From positions 11,036,001 through 11,100,000 of the forward strand of contig NC_043025.1 in the NCBI RefSeq assembly GCF_006345805.1: a stretch of 64,000 bases of DNA, read 5' to 3'. Source of the DNA: Octopus sinensis. Taxonomy: Eukaryota. How positions within the stretch are numbered: the first letter of the stretch is position 1; every line of letters starts with the position of its first letter. This document shows positions 23,867 to 35,281 of the stretch, in pieces. A program made the translations under genes and the position numbers. Under the pieces are notes generated by a model. That model was not told the DNA's origin. It saw only the letters and a program-made list of their open reading frames with translations, and ran no database searches.

Positions 23867-24488
23867 CTAGCAGTATCGCCCGGCGTTGCTCGGGTTTGTA
23901 AGGGAAATAACTATATAAGCATTTTTAGAGATGTAAAGTATAATAGCCATCTCAATATGGCTAACCACAAAGGGGGTGGGGGTGTTACTGTAGCTTTTTA
24001 CGTTCTGAGAGTTAATAATACATTTTTAAAGTGTTACTTCCCTTATATAATAGCAAAAAAAATGCATTAAAATGGAAAAAAATGATGGTAAATTTTTTTT
24101 TAATCGTAGACTCATCGTAGACATTTTTAGAGAATTACTTCCCTTATATAATAGCGAAAAAAATGCATTAAAATGGAAAAAAATGAGGGTAAATTTTTTT
24201 TTTAATCGTAGACGCGCGCTAATACCCAGAAGGGCTCGATATGAATCACGACTATAAGATACCCGGTTTTGGTTAAACTGCACCGCAAAATGTGGGAGTA
24301 GTTAGGAATCTAAATCGTAGGAGACAGACACACAACCTCTCTTTTATATATAAAGACTAGCAGTATCGCCCGGCGTTGCTCGGGTTTGTAAGGGAAATAA
24401 CTATATAATCCTTTTTAGAGAGTTATAGCCAAAAAATAGCAAAAAAATGCATAAAAGTGGAAAGTAAAATGATGATATAAAGATATCA
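23867..24488 (-). mobile_element. Head-to-tail Helitron dimer (full 23867-24356, partial 24357-24488)
   Basis: Direct CTAG-TC junction at 24357/24356. Confidence 0.8.
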
Positions 24489-24984
24489 CAGTGATCCCTC
24501 GCTACTTCGCGGTTCAACTATCGCGGATTCACGACTTCGCGGATTTTAAAAAAAAATATTTATACTCTTTACTCTTTTACTTGTTTGAGTCATTTGACTG
24601 TGGCCATGCTGGAGCACCGCCTTTAGTCGAGCAAATCGACCCCGGGACTTATTCTTTTTTGTAAGCCCAGTACTTATTCTATCGGTCTATTTTGCCGAAC
24701 CGCTAAGTGACGGGGACGTAAACACACCAGCATCGGTTGTCAAGCAATGCTAGGGGGGGGGGACAACCACAGACACACAAACATATACACACACACATAA
24801 ATATATATATACATATATACGACAGGCTTCTTTCAGTTTCCGTCTACCAAATCCACTCACAAGGCTTTGGTCGGCCCGAGGCTATAGCAGAAGACACTTG
24901 CCCAAGGTGCCATGCAGTGGGACTGAACCTGGAACCATGTGGTTGGTAAGCAAGCTACTTACCACAGAGCCACTCCTGCGCATA

Positions 24985-25016
<32 letters not shown>

Positions 25017-25115
25017 CCGGAGTAAACACATAAATGTGAAACAAGGTGGAAAAAAGAGTACTCAAATACCAGTGGTAGAGTAATATGCTTTATTTTAAGC
25101 AGCAGAAAATTCAAC

Positions 25116-25163
25116 AAAATCTGTTACTCTGAGTTTCTCGTTGCCGTTCATCAGACAGTTTTT
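25116..25163 (-). ncRNA. Minimal type I hammerhead motif, family 1 (left arm of palindrome)
   Basis: AAAACUGU-CUGAUGA-ACG(GCAA)CGA-GAAA-CUCAGAG-UA/ACAGAUUU; helix I CUGU/ACAG; GUA cleavage triplet; 10.1-11.1 is an A-A mismatch. Confidence 0.6.
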
Positions 25164-25207
25164 GCTAGAATGGAACTGATATATCAATTCAATCAGTTCC
25201 ATTCTAG

Positions 25208-25254
25208 AAAAACTGTCTGATGAATGGCAACGAGAAAATCAGAGTAACAGATTT
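25208..25254 (+). ncRNA. Minimal type I hammerhead motif, family 1 (right arm, more degenerate)
   Basis: CTGATGA at 25217-25223, GAAA at 25234-25237, GTA at 25244-25246 followed by ACAG; C15.2 replaced by A. Confidence 0.45.
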
Positions 25255-26061
25255 GTTGAATTTTCTGACTGCTTAATAAAGTATATATATAATATATATA
25301 TAATATATATATATGTATGAACGCCTAAAATTTTCATTACATCCATTAAAATATTAATAATAAATATTATTTCCTCATTTAGAAACAAGAAGACAGGCAT
25401 AAAATAGCAAAAAAGCATATGCAGGGGTATTTGAACTTAAGACGGGCTGTGATTGGTGCAATGGAGAGAGAGACGACAAATCACAGCTTTCTATTTTGTA
25501 ATCTGTCCTGTGTAACAGTAACAATCTTAATTTTTTTAAAATCTAAAGTGTTATTGCTTAACAGTTGTCCTTGTTATTAATAGACTACTGCAATGGGTGG
25601 GTTGTTAACAGTACGGGGGGGGGTTTAAAAGTCCAAATACACGTTAAATAAATACTGTAAATATGGTGTCCCTACTTCGTGGAAATTCAGTTATCGCGGC
25701 CGGTTTTGGAACCAATCTACCACGATAAACGAGGGATCACTGTATCATTATTTTGTGGAAGATATGAAAGACATTCTGATCGCAAATGGTTAAAACAATG
25801 TTTCATATCAATGATAATAATAATAATAAAAATAATAATAATAATAATCATCGTTTAGCGTCCGCTTTCCATGCTGGCATGGGTTGGACGGTGCAACTGG
25901 AGTATGGGAAGCCAAAAGGCTGCACCAGGCCCAGTCTGATCTGGCAATGTTTCTACAGCTGGATGCCCTTCCTAACGCTAACCACTCTGTGAGTGTAATG
26001 GGTGCTTTTTTATGTGCCAGAAGAGGCTGGCAAACGGCCACGGTCAGATGGTGCTGTGGCC

Positions 26062-26820
26062 TAGTAATAATAATAATAGTGAAATTTTTGTATACAGTGC
26101 TCAGGTGCACCACAACTTGTCAAAAGTGCATATAAAGCACATGCAGTAGTGTACAAATGTCTGGAAAGTGAACAGTGTATGAGTTAGATAGATGCTTGCT
26201 TGTGTGTATGGAGGGAAGAAAGTCAGGTGTAGTGTTGGCGAATCTCAGAAAGCATGGAAGTTTTGAAGGATGCAGTGCTCCGACAACTAACAACTGATGC
26301 CGGCAGTTTGTTCCATGCTTCAGCAACTCTCAGCGTGAAAAAATGTTTACGAAAGTCATGGGAGCTGTGCTGTTTTCTGACTTTGTAAACATGTCCACGG
26401 GTGTTAGACAGGTGGAGTTTCAAAAGGTGCTCAGAGTTATTGTTTGTAAGATGGTTAATAATTTTATGGGTGTCCACCAAGTCAGCTGCCAGACGTCGGA
26501 GTTTCAATGTATCCATGCCCAGGGAAGTAAGGCGTTCAGAATGTGGCAAATGCCTGATGGAGGGTATTCTCTTGGTTGTCAGATACATGCTTGCGTGTGT
26601 ATGGAGGGGAGAAAATCAGGTGTAGTGTTGGCGAATCTCAGGAAGCATGGAAGTTTTGAAGGATGCAGTGCTCCGACAACTAACAACTGATGCCGGCAGT
26701 TTGTTCCATACTTCAGCAACTCTCAGCGTGAAAAAATGTTTCCAAAAGTCATGGGAGCTGTGCTGTTTTCTGACTTTGTAAATATGTCCACAGGTGTTAG
26801 ACAGGTGGAGTTTGAAAATG
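26062..26820 (-). mobile_element. CR1-type LINE 3' end with tandemly duplicated terminal segment
   Basis: TRGHVYKVRKQ...FFTLRVAEAWNKLPASVVSCRSTASFK occurs twice (26223-26588, 26616-26820); (TTA)n tail at ~26065. Confidence 0.8.
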
Positions 26821-27161
26821 ATGTCCTGTTGTTTAGCAGGCACCGATAAACGAAAAGTCGACAAAGTTTTACTTTAAGAATATCTGTATGGGAATTAAGG
26901 TAGGTCAAATGAGAACAATACATTCTTCCAGAATTTACTCTCTTGACCCCAGGATGCCCCCAAAAAGTCTAAGAGGTCAAATCATTTACATTAACCTCTA
27001 AGAACACAGAGGAGAAAACAATGGATCAGAAATTGTTTGACAACTAATAAAAATGTGGATTCAGTTTCGAATCCACTTAGCTTTACTGTTGCTACATCAT
27101 CATCATCATCATCACCTTCATCATCATCACCTTTATCATCATCATCATCACCACTACCTTT

Positions 27162-27197
<36 letters not shown>

Positions 27198-27205
27198 TAA
27201 TTCGT

Positions 27206-27305
27206 NNNNNNNNNNNNNNNNNNNNNNNNNNNNNNNNNNNNNNNNNNNNNNNNNNNNNNNNNNNNNNNNNNNNNNNNNNNNNNNNNNNNNNNNNNNNNNN
27301 NNNNN
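27206..27305. other. Assembly gap (100 N)
   Basis: Run of exactly 100 N, a conventional unknown-size scaffold join. Confidence 0.99.
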
Positions 27306-27463
27306 GTCGCGCATCCGCCTTGCTATAGCTAGTCGTGAATAGTCGATCCTACGACGACCTACCTAGCAAAAGAAATAAAACACAAAGTAAGGATCGACTA
27401 CTTATGACAAGCTAGCGCAGACTCGCGAGTGCACGCACCGGGACCGCTGTTCTCAAGCAGTAC

Positions 27464-27505
<42 letters not shown>

Positions 27506-27507
<2 letters not shown>

Positions 27508-27694
27508 CGTAACTTCGGTATAAGTACCGGATATATTTCAAGAAAGTTTTTTTTTAAATATATGGGGGGGCGGTAGGGTTAGGGTTTGTGTTAGGGTTAG
27601 GGTTGGGTTAGGGTTAGGGGTGAGAGAAAAGGGTTTCTGTCATCTTCAGAAATGTAAACAAAGCCACTTACGGTACCTATACCGAAGGATCACC
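27506..27694. mobile_element. Small MITE with TTAGGG-rich interior
   Basis: Imperfect TIRs ...cttcggtataagtaccg / cggtacctataccgaag..., embedded in (TA)n. Confidence 0.6.
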
Positions 27695-27818
27695 ATATAT
27701 TATATTATATTGGCCTGCTCGCTTAGCCAGCGGGGTGGCGTCATTTCAAGGCTAAAACAATGCGAAGCGCATTGTGATCAGCGATGTGTAGCAACATCTG
27801 ATAGCCTGGTCGGTCACG

Positions 27819-27861
<43 letters not shown>

Positions 27862-28534
27862 GTATATATATGCATATATATTACACACACTTCCACATAC
27901 ATACACACACACACACACACACACTTCCACATACATACACACACACACACTTCCGCATACATACACACACACACACTTCCACATACATACACATACACAC
28001 TTCCACACACACACATTTCCACATACATACACACACACAGCACACACACTTCCACATAGGTATTTTGTCTGCCGCTACGTTCCGAGTTCAAATTCCGCCG
28101 AGGTCGACTTTGCCTTTCATCCTTTCGGGGGGTCGATAAATTAAGTACCAGTTGCGTACTGAGGTCGACCTAATCGACTGGTCCCCTCCCCCAAAATTTC
28201 GGGCCTTGTGCCCAGAGTAGAAAATAATGCGTGTGTGTTATTGCGTGTGTGCATGTATCTGTAACTCCACGTCTGTGTCTGTGTGTTCGTTCCGTTGATT
28301 TGAGATCAACAGACACAGAGAGAGAGAGAGAGAGAGCGACGTCGATGCTATGTCTACGGAACGAACACACAGACACAGAGCGCGGTCGATGCTATAATGC
28401 ACACACGCAATCGCACACACACAGACACACCACGCTCTCTCTGTGTCTGTGTGTTCGTTCCGTAGACATAGCATCGACCTCGCTCTGTGTCTGTGTGTCC
28501 GTCTCGTTGATTTGATCAAAGCCTGCGTATCTTG

Positions 28535-28594
<60 letters not shown>

Positions 28595-28770
28595 GTATAT
28601 GTATATGTATATATATGTGTATATGTATATATATATAAAAAACATTATTCTTATATATATATATATGTATATATATATAAACAATTATTCTTATATAATA
28701 TATATATGATATATATAAAACATTTATTCTTATATATATATATATGTATATATATCTATATATACATATA

Positions 28771-28805
<35 letters not shown>

Positions 28806-28979
28806 TACACACACACGCACAGACACACATACACACTTCCACATACATACACACACACACACACACATACACACACACTTCCACATACACACACACACTT
28901 CCACACACACACACACACACACACTTCCACATACATAGATGTGTTCACGTATTACGTGAACGAAACCGTAGTAAAAAGT

Positions 28980-29200
28980 ACGTAACCGGACCGGAACTCC
29001 GTTCACATACACACACACACACACACACACACATAACCTCAATTCCTGCCTTCCGTGTTTTCACTTCACTAAAAAGTTCCACTTCCTGTCTAAACCACCC
29101 TTCAGATCTTCAAATCTCTTTTGTCTTCTCTTTCCAAATTCTTGAAATCTTGGGTCCTTCCCGCCGTTTTTTTCTTGCCAAAACCTCCCCCACCGCAGAA
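28980..29200 (+). promoter_or_regulatory. Putative NFATC2IP promoter / 5' leader
   Basis: ETS-like CCGGAA (~28990) and ACTTCCTG (~29084) motifs, CpG-rich unique sequence and pyrimidine-rich leader upstream of the ATG. Confidence 0.35.
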
Positions 29201-29278
29201 ATGGTCGGGGCCAGGGCTTCAAAGCGTCAATGTACGTCGAAGAACAACAACAGAGAAGTCCTAAGCGATTTTAATGAG
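29201..29278 (+). CDS. NFATC2IP: NFATC2IP-like coding exon 1 ([26 protein letters not shown])
   Basis: ATG in good Kozak context (gaaATGG), 26 codons, phase-0 GTTAGT donor matching exon 2; preceded by a pyrimidine-rich unique leader. Confidence 0.65.
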
Positions 29279-29349
29279 GTTAGTTTCGGTTTATACCATT
29301 GAATGAATGAATGAATGAATGAATGGGTCGGGAGTTCGTGCCTTGGTGA

Positions 29350-30850
29350 AAGCGGGAAGGTTTGATAACACGAATGGTTGGAAACCTTGGCCTTTTTATC
29401 GGCGCTTTGGGCCATGTTTGAGTCTTTTGTTGTGATTCTGTTTCCTCTTCGTGGCACTGGACAGACTTCGTCTGGGTACTACTAGCGAAGAGTGGTCCCG
29501 GTGCGCGCACTCGCATATCCGCGCTAGCTAGTCATGACTAGTCGATCTTTATTTACTTTGTGGGCGAAGTTTCGCATGTCGTAGCACAGATTTCCGTCGA
29601 TTTCCGTAAAAAACTTTTATTTTTTTACATAAGTAATGAGAGCGAAAGAGACTAAGAGGAAGCGATTTTAAGACGAGAAGGTTTCACTTTGAAGTCGGCC
29701 TGTGTGTGTTTGATGGGGTGTGGGAGACAGACAGGGGGTTGTGTAAGTGAAGTGCTTCTGTTACTACAACCGAAACTATGCCACTTTGTGTGTTGTTTAC
29801 TTTGTTTAAAACAAATTATTGGTACTACAAGCGAATAGTGGTCCCGGTGCGCGCACTCGCATATCCGCGCTAGCTAGTCGTGACTAGTCGATCCTTACTT
29901 TGTGTTTTGGCGATGTTTCGCTTGTCGTAGCACACGTTTCCGTCGATTTCCGTAAAAAATGTAAACACAGAATCGGCCATACATACACACACATACACAC
30001 ACACATACATAGATACATACACACACACACACACATACATGCATACACACATACACCGAGTAAAAAATTTCGGTTATCTCTTTCTTTCACACATTACTCT
30101 GTCTCTTCACACACACTAACAGAAGCACTTCACTTACACAACATACTGTCTGTCTCCCACACCCCATCAAACAGACACACACACACACACACACATGTAC
30201 ATCAATGCTTCGGTAACTTCAAAAGAACTTCCCTCGTCATACAATCGCTTTCTCTTAGTCTCTTTCGCTCTCATTACTTCAAAATGTTCCCGCAAGCCCA
30301 TATGTGAAAAAAGAAATTTTTTACGGAAATCGACGGAAAGGTCTACTAGAGACGAAAGATTGCCCATGCATGGTAACTTCAAAAGAACTTCCCTCGTCAT
30401 ACAATCGCTTCCTCTTAGTCTCTTTCGCTCTTATTACTTCAAAACTTCCCGCAAGCCCAAATGTAAAAAAAAAAAAAAGTTTTTTACGGAAATCGACGGA
30501 AAGGTCTACTAGAGACGAAAGATCGCCCGGGAAGGTTTGAAAACACGAATGGTTGCAAACCTTGGCCTTTTTATCGGCGCTTTGGGCCATGTTTGAGTCT
30601 TTTGTTGTGATTCTGTTTCCTCTTCGTAGCACTGGACAGACTTCGTCTGGGTACTACTAGCGAACAGTGGTCCCAGTGCGTGCACTCGCATATCCGCGCT
30701 AGCTAGTCGTGACTAGTCGATCCTTACTTTGTGTTTTTGTGTGTTTACTTTGTTTAAAAAAAATTTTTGGTACTACTAGCGAACAGTGGTCCCAGTGCGC
30801 GCACTCGCGCATCCACGCTAGCTAGTTGTAAGTAGTCGATCCTACAACAA
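29350..30850. repeat. Mosaic of a long-TIR repeat family (ggtactactagcg...gtcgatcc at 29475, 29821, 30650, 30769); opposite end at 27306-27464
   Basis: Repeated terminal module and tttccgtcgatttccgtaaaa sub-repeats; related ~460-bp pieces at 53648-54101, 57869-58344, 63430-63910. Confidence 0.55.
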
Positions 30851-30851
30851 C

Positions 30852-32715
30852 TTTTTAACCCTAACCCTAAACCTAATTTTTTAACCCTAACCCTAAACCT
30901 AATTTTTTTACCTTAATCCTAAACCTAATTTTTTAACCCTAATCCTAAACCTAATTTTTTAACCCTATCCCTAAACCTAATTTTTTAACCCTATCCCTAA
31001 ACCTAATTTTTTAACCCCAACACTAACCCTAAACCAAATTTTTTAACCCTATCCCTAAACCTAATTTTTTAACCCTAATCCTAAACCTAATTTTTTAACC
31101 CTAATCCTAAACCTAATTTTTTATCCCTATCCCTAAACCTAATTTTTTAACCCTAATCCTAAACCTAATTTTTTTACCCTATCCCTAAACCCAATTTTTT
31201 AACCCTAATCCTAAAGTAAGGGTGGGTGTTACTGTAGATTGTAGCCCCAGGAGAACATCGTCTCCAGCTGGCTTTAGGAACATTTTCTGTGCCCTTATGG
31301 TATTTTTTGACCCTATCCCTAAACCTAATTTTTTGACCCCATCCCTAAACCTAATTTTTTTACCCTATCCCTAAACCTAATTTTTTTACCCTATCCCTAA
31401 ACCTAATTTTTTTACCCTATCCCTAAACCTAATTTTTTAACCCTAACCCTAATCCTAAACCTAATTTTTTAACCCTAACCCTAAACCTAATTTTTTAACC
31501 CTAACTCTAATCCTAAACCTAATTTTTTAACCCTAACCCTAATCCTAAACCTAATTTTTTAACCCTAACCCTAATCCTAAACCTAATTTTTTAACCCTAA
31601 CCCTAATCCTAAACCTAATTTTTTAACCGTAACCCTAATCCTAAACCTAATTTTTTAACCCTAACCCTAATCCTAAACCTAATTTTTTAACCCTAACCCT
31701 AATCCTAAACCTAATTTTTTAACCCTAACCCTAATCCTAAACCTAATTTTTTAACCCTAACCCTAATCCTAAACCTAATTTTTTAACCCTAACCCTAATC
31801 CTAAACCTAATTTTTTAACCCTAACCCTAATCCTAAACCTAATTTTTTAATCCTAAACCTAATTTTTTAACCCTAAACCTAATTTTTTAACCGTAACCCT
31901 AATCCTAAACCTAATTTTTTAACCCTAACCCTAATCCTAAACCTAATTTTTTAACCCTAACCCTAACCCTAAACCTAATTTTTTAACCCTAACCCTAATC
32001 CTAATCCTAAACCTAATTTTTTAACCCTAACCCTAATCCTAATTTTTTAACCCTAACCCTAATCCTAAACCTAATTTTTTAACCCTAACCCTAATCCTAA
32101 ACCTAATTTTTTAACCCTAACCCTAATCCTAAACCTAATTTTTAAACCCTAACCCTAATCCTAAACCTAATTTTTTAACCCTAACCCTAACCTAATTTTT
32201 TAACCCTAACCCTAATCCTAAACCTAATTTTTAACCCTAACCCTAATCCTAAACCTAATTTTTAACCCTAACCCTAATCCTAAACCTAATTTTTTAACCC
32301 TAACCCTAATCCTAAACCTAATTTTTTAACCCTAACCCTAATCCTAAACCTAATTTTTTAACCCTAACCCTAATCCTAAACCTAATTTTTTAACTCTAAC
32401 CCTAATCCTAAACCTAATTTTTTAACCCTAACCCTAATCCTAAACCTAATTTTTTAACCCTAGCCCTAATCCTAAACCTAATTTTTTAACCCTAACCCTA
32501 ATCCTAAACCTAATTTTTTAACCCTAACCCTAATCCTAAACCTAATTTTTTAACCCTAACCCTAATCTTTTAACCCTAACCCTAATCCTAAACCTAATTT
32601 TTTAACCCTAACCCTAATCCTAAACCTAATTTTTTAACCCTAACCCTAATCCTAAACCTAATTTTTTAACCCTAACCCTAATCCTAAACCTAATTTTTTA
32701 ACCCTAACCCTAATC
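30852..32715. repeat. Interstitial telomere-like minisatellite, main unit TTTTTTAACCCTAACCCTAATCCTAAACCTAA
   Basis: Dozens of 26- and 32-bp units built from CCCTAA variants, interrupted at 31216-31300. Confidence 0.95.
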
Positions 32716-32734
32716 CTACAGTAACACCCACCCT
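31219..32734. mobile_element. TIR element (MITE-like, 1516 bp) filled with a telomere-like 32-bp minisatellite
   Basis: Perfect 19-bp TIRs agggtgggtgttactgtag (31219-31237) / ctacagtaacacccaccct (32716-32734); TA on both flanks. Confidence 0.8.
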
Positions 32735-32772
32735 TAGTGATACCTTCACATTTTTTTACCTTTGTTTTTCAG

Positions 32773-33001
32773 AAGCTTCTGGAATGTGTAGAACTGTCAG
32801 ACTCGCATACTTCGGACTCCAGCTGCGATTCTAGTTCACCAATCGTCAAGAGACACCGGAAGACGAAAAGGAAGGTCTTGGATCCTTCCCAAATCGAGTC
32901 ATCAGAAAACGTCCAGGTTTATTCGTCAATAGCAAAGAAATCGTTTGAGAAAATCCATTCGGCACAATTTGATTTCTCTGCGTTTTGCGTCGGCACAAAC
33001 G
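32773..33001 (+). CDS. NFATC2IP: NFATC2IP-like coding exon 2 (KLLECVELSDS...VGTN)
   Basis: Acceptor tttttcag, donor G|gtaaaa (phase 1); basic NLS-like KRHRKTKRK; VQVYSSIAKKSF resembles the family VYSxK motif. Confidence 0.8.
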
Positions 33002-33633
33002 GTAAAAAGTATTTGAAATCTCAGCACCTTCTGCCCCACCCTATTCCTCTTCATCTTTTTATCAATGACTTATAAGGATTTTTTCCCAAAATTCTGATAA
33101 CTTTCTTTTTTTATATATCATCATCATCATCATCGTTTAGCGTCCGTTTTCCATGCTAGCATGGGTTGGACGGTTCTACTGGGGTCTGTGAAGCCAGAAG
33201 GCTTCATCAGGCCCAGTCAAATCTGGCAGTGTTTCTACGGCTGGATGCCCTTCCTAACGCCAACCACTCCGTGAGTGTAGTGGGTGCTTTTTACGTGCCA
33301 CCCGCACTGGTGCCAGACAGAGCTGGCAAACGGCCATGAATGGACGGTGCTTTTACGTGTCACCGGCACGGGGCCAGGCGATGCTGGCAATGGACACGAA
33401 TGGATGGTGCTTTTACATGCCACCGACATGGGGCCAGACAGAGCTGGCAAACGGCCACAAACGGATGGTGCTTTTTATGTGCCACCGGCACGAGGGCCAG
33501 GTGAGGCTGGCAACGGACACGAAACGGGGCGGTGCTGGCAACGGTCGCGAAACGGAAAGTTCTCTTACATGCCACCGGCACTGGTAACACATCTGCAATT
33601 TCCATTGATCGATTTCGATTCTGATACTCTGAT

Positions 33634-33674
<41 letters not shown>

Positions 33675-34111
33675 ACATTGCCAGATAAGACTGGGCCTGG
33701 TGCAGCCTTCTGGCTTCCCAGATCCCCGGTCGAACCGTCCAACCCATGCTAGCATGGAGAACGGACGTTAAACGATGATGATGATGATATATATATATAT
33801 GTATGTGGAGGCACAATGGCCTAGTGGTTAGGGCAGCGGACTCGCGGTCGTAGGATCGCGGTTTCAATTCCCAGACCGGGCGTTGTGTGTGTTTATTGAG
33901 CGAAAACACCTAAAAAGCTCCACAAGGCTCCGGCAGGGGGTGGTGGTGATCCCTGCTGTATGCTTTCACCACTCTTTCTATCACTTTTTCTTCTGTTGGC
34001 CTGCTCGCTTAGCCAGCGGGGTGGCTTCGTTCGAAGGCTAGAACAATGCAAACACATTGTGACCAGTGATGTGTAACTACATCTGATGGACTGGTCGGTC
34101 ACGTGATCACG

Positions 34112-34145
<34 letters not shown>

Positions 34146-35021
34146 TCTTTTACTTGTTTCAGTCATTTGACTGCGGCCATGCTGGAGCACCACCTTTTAG
34201 TCGAGCAACTCGACCCCGGGACTTATTCTTTTCTAAGCCCAGTACTTACTCTATCGGTCTCTTTTTGCTGAACCGCTAAGTGACGGGGACGTAAACACAC
34301 CAGCATCGGTTGTCAAGCAATGCTAGGGGGACAAACACAGACACACAAACACATACACGCATATATATATATATATACAGATATACGATGGGCTTCTTTC
34401 AGTTTCCGTCTACCAAATCCACTCACAAGGCTTTGGTCGGCCCGAGGCTATAGTAGAAGACACTAGCCCAAGATGCCACGCAGGGGGACTGAACCCGGAA
34501 CCATGTGGTTGGTTATATATATATATATATGTGTGGTTGGTATATAAGTATATATATATGTGTGTGTGTATATATATATGTATATATATACTCATTTACT
34601 TGTTTCAGTCATTTGACTGTGGCCATGTTGGAGCACCACCTTTAGTCGACCAGATCGGCCCCAGAACTTATTCTTTGTAAGCCTAGTACTTATTCCATCA
34701 GTCTCTTTTGCTGAACCACCAAGTTACGGGTACATAAACATACCGGCATCGGTTGTCAAGCAATGCTAGGGGGACAAACACAGACACACAAACACACACA
34801 CATATATATATATATATATACACATATACGACAGGCTTCTTTCAGTTTCCGTCTACCAAATCCACTCACAAGGCTTTGGTCGGCCCGAGGCTATAGTAGA
34901 AGACACTTGCCCAAGGTGCCACACAATGGACTGAACCACCCGAACCATGTGGTTGGTTAGCAAGCTATTTACCACACAGCTACTCCTACGCCTATGTCTA
35001 TATATATATATATATAATATA

Positions 35022-35052
<31 letters not shown>

Positions 35053-35199
35053 ATATATACATATATGATATATATATATATATATACATATATAATATAT
35101 ATATATAATATATATATACATATATATATATATATAATACATATATATACATATATTATATATATATATATACATATACATCCTTTATATTTGTGGGTT

Positions 35200-35259
<60 letters not shown>

Positions 35260-35281
35260 CAGCCTATCTACCTACCTATAT

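Larger units (their letters stand above)
24489..25742. mobile_element. Tc1/mariner (Tigger/pogo-like) non-autonomous element carrying nested insertions
   Basis: Perfect 13-bp TIRs cagtgatccctcg / cgagggatcactg; TA on the right flank, CA on the left. Confidence 0.7.

Noticed and set aside
30852-32715. True telomere or chromosome fusion site
   Set aside because: Variant units with poly-T spacers, one orientation, bounded by TIRs and inside an intron with phase-compatible exons on both sides
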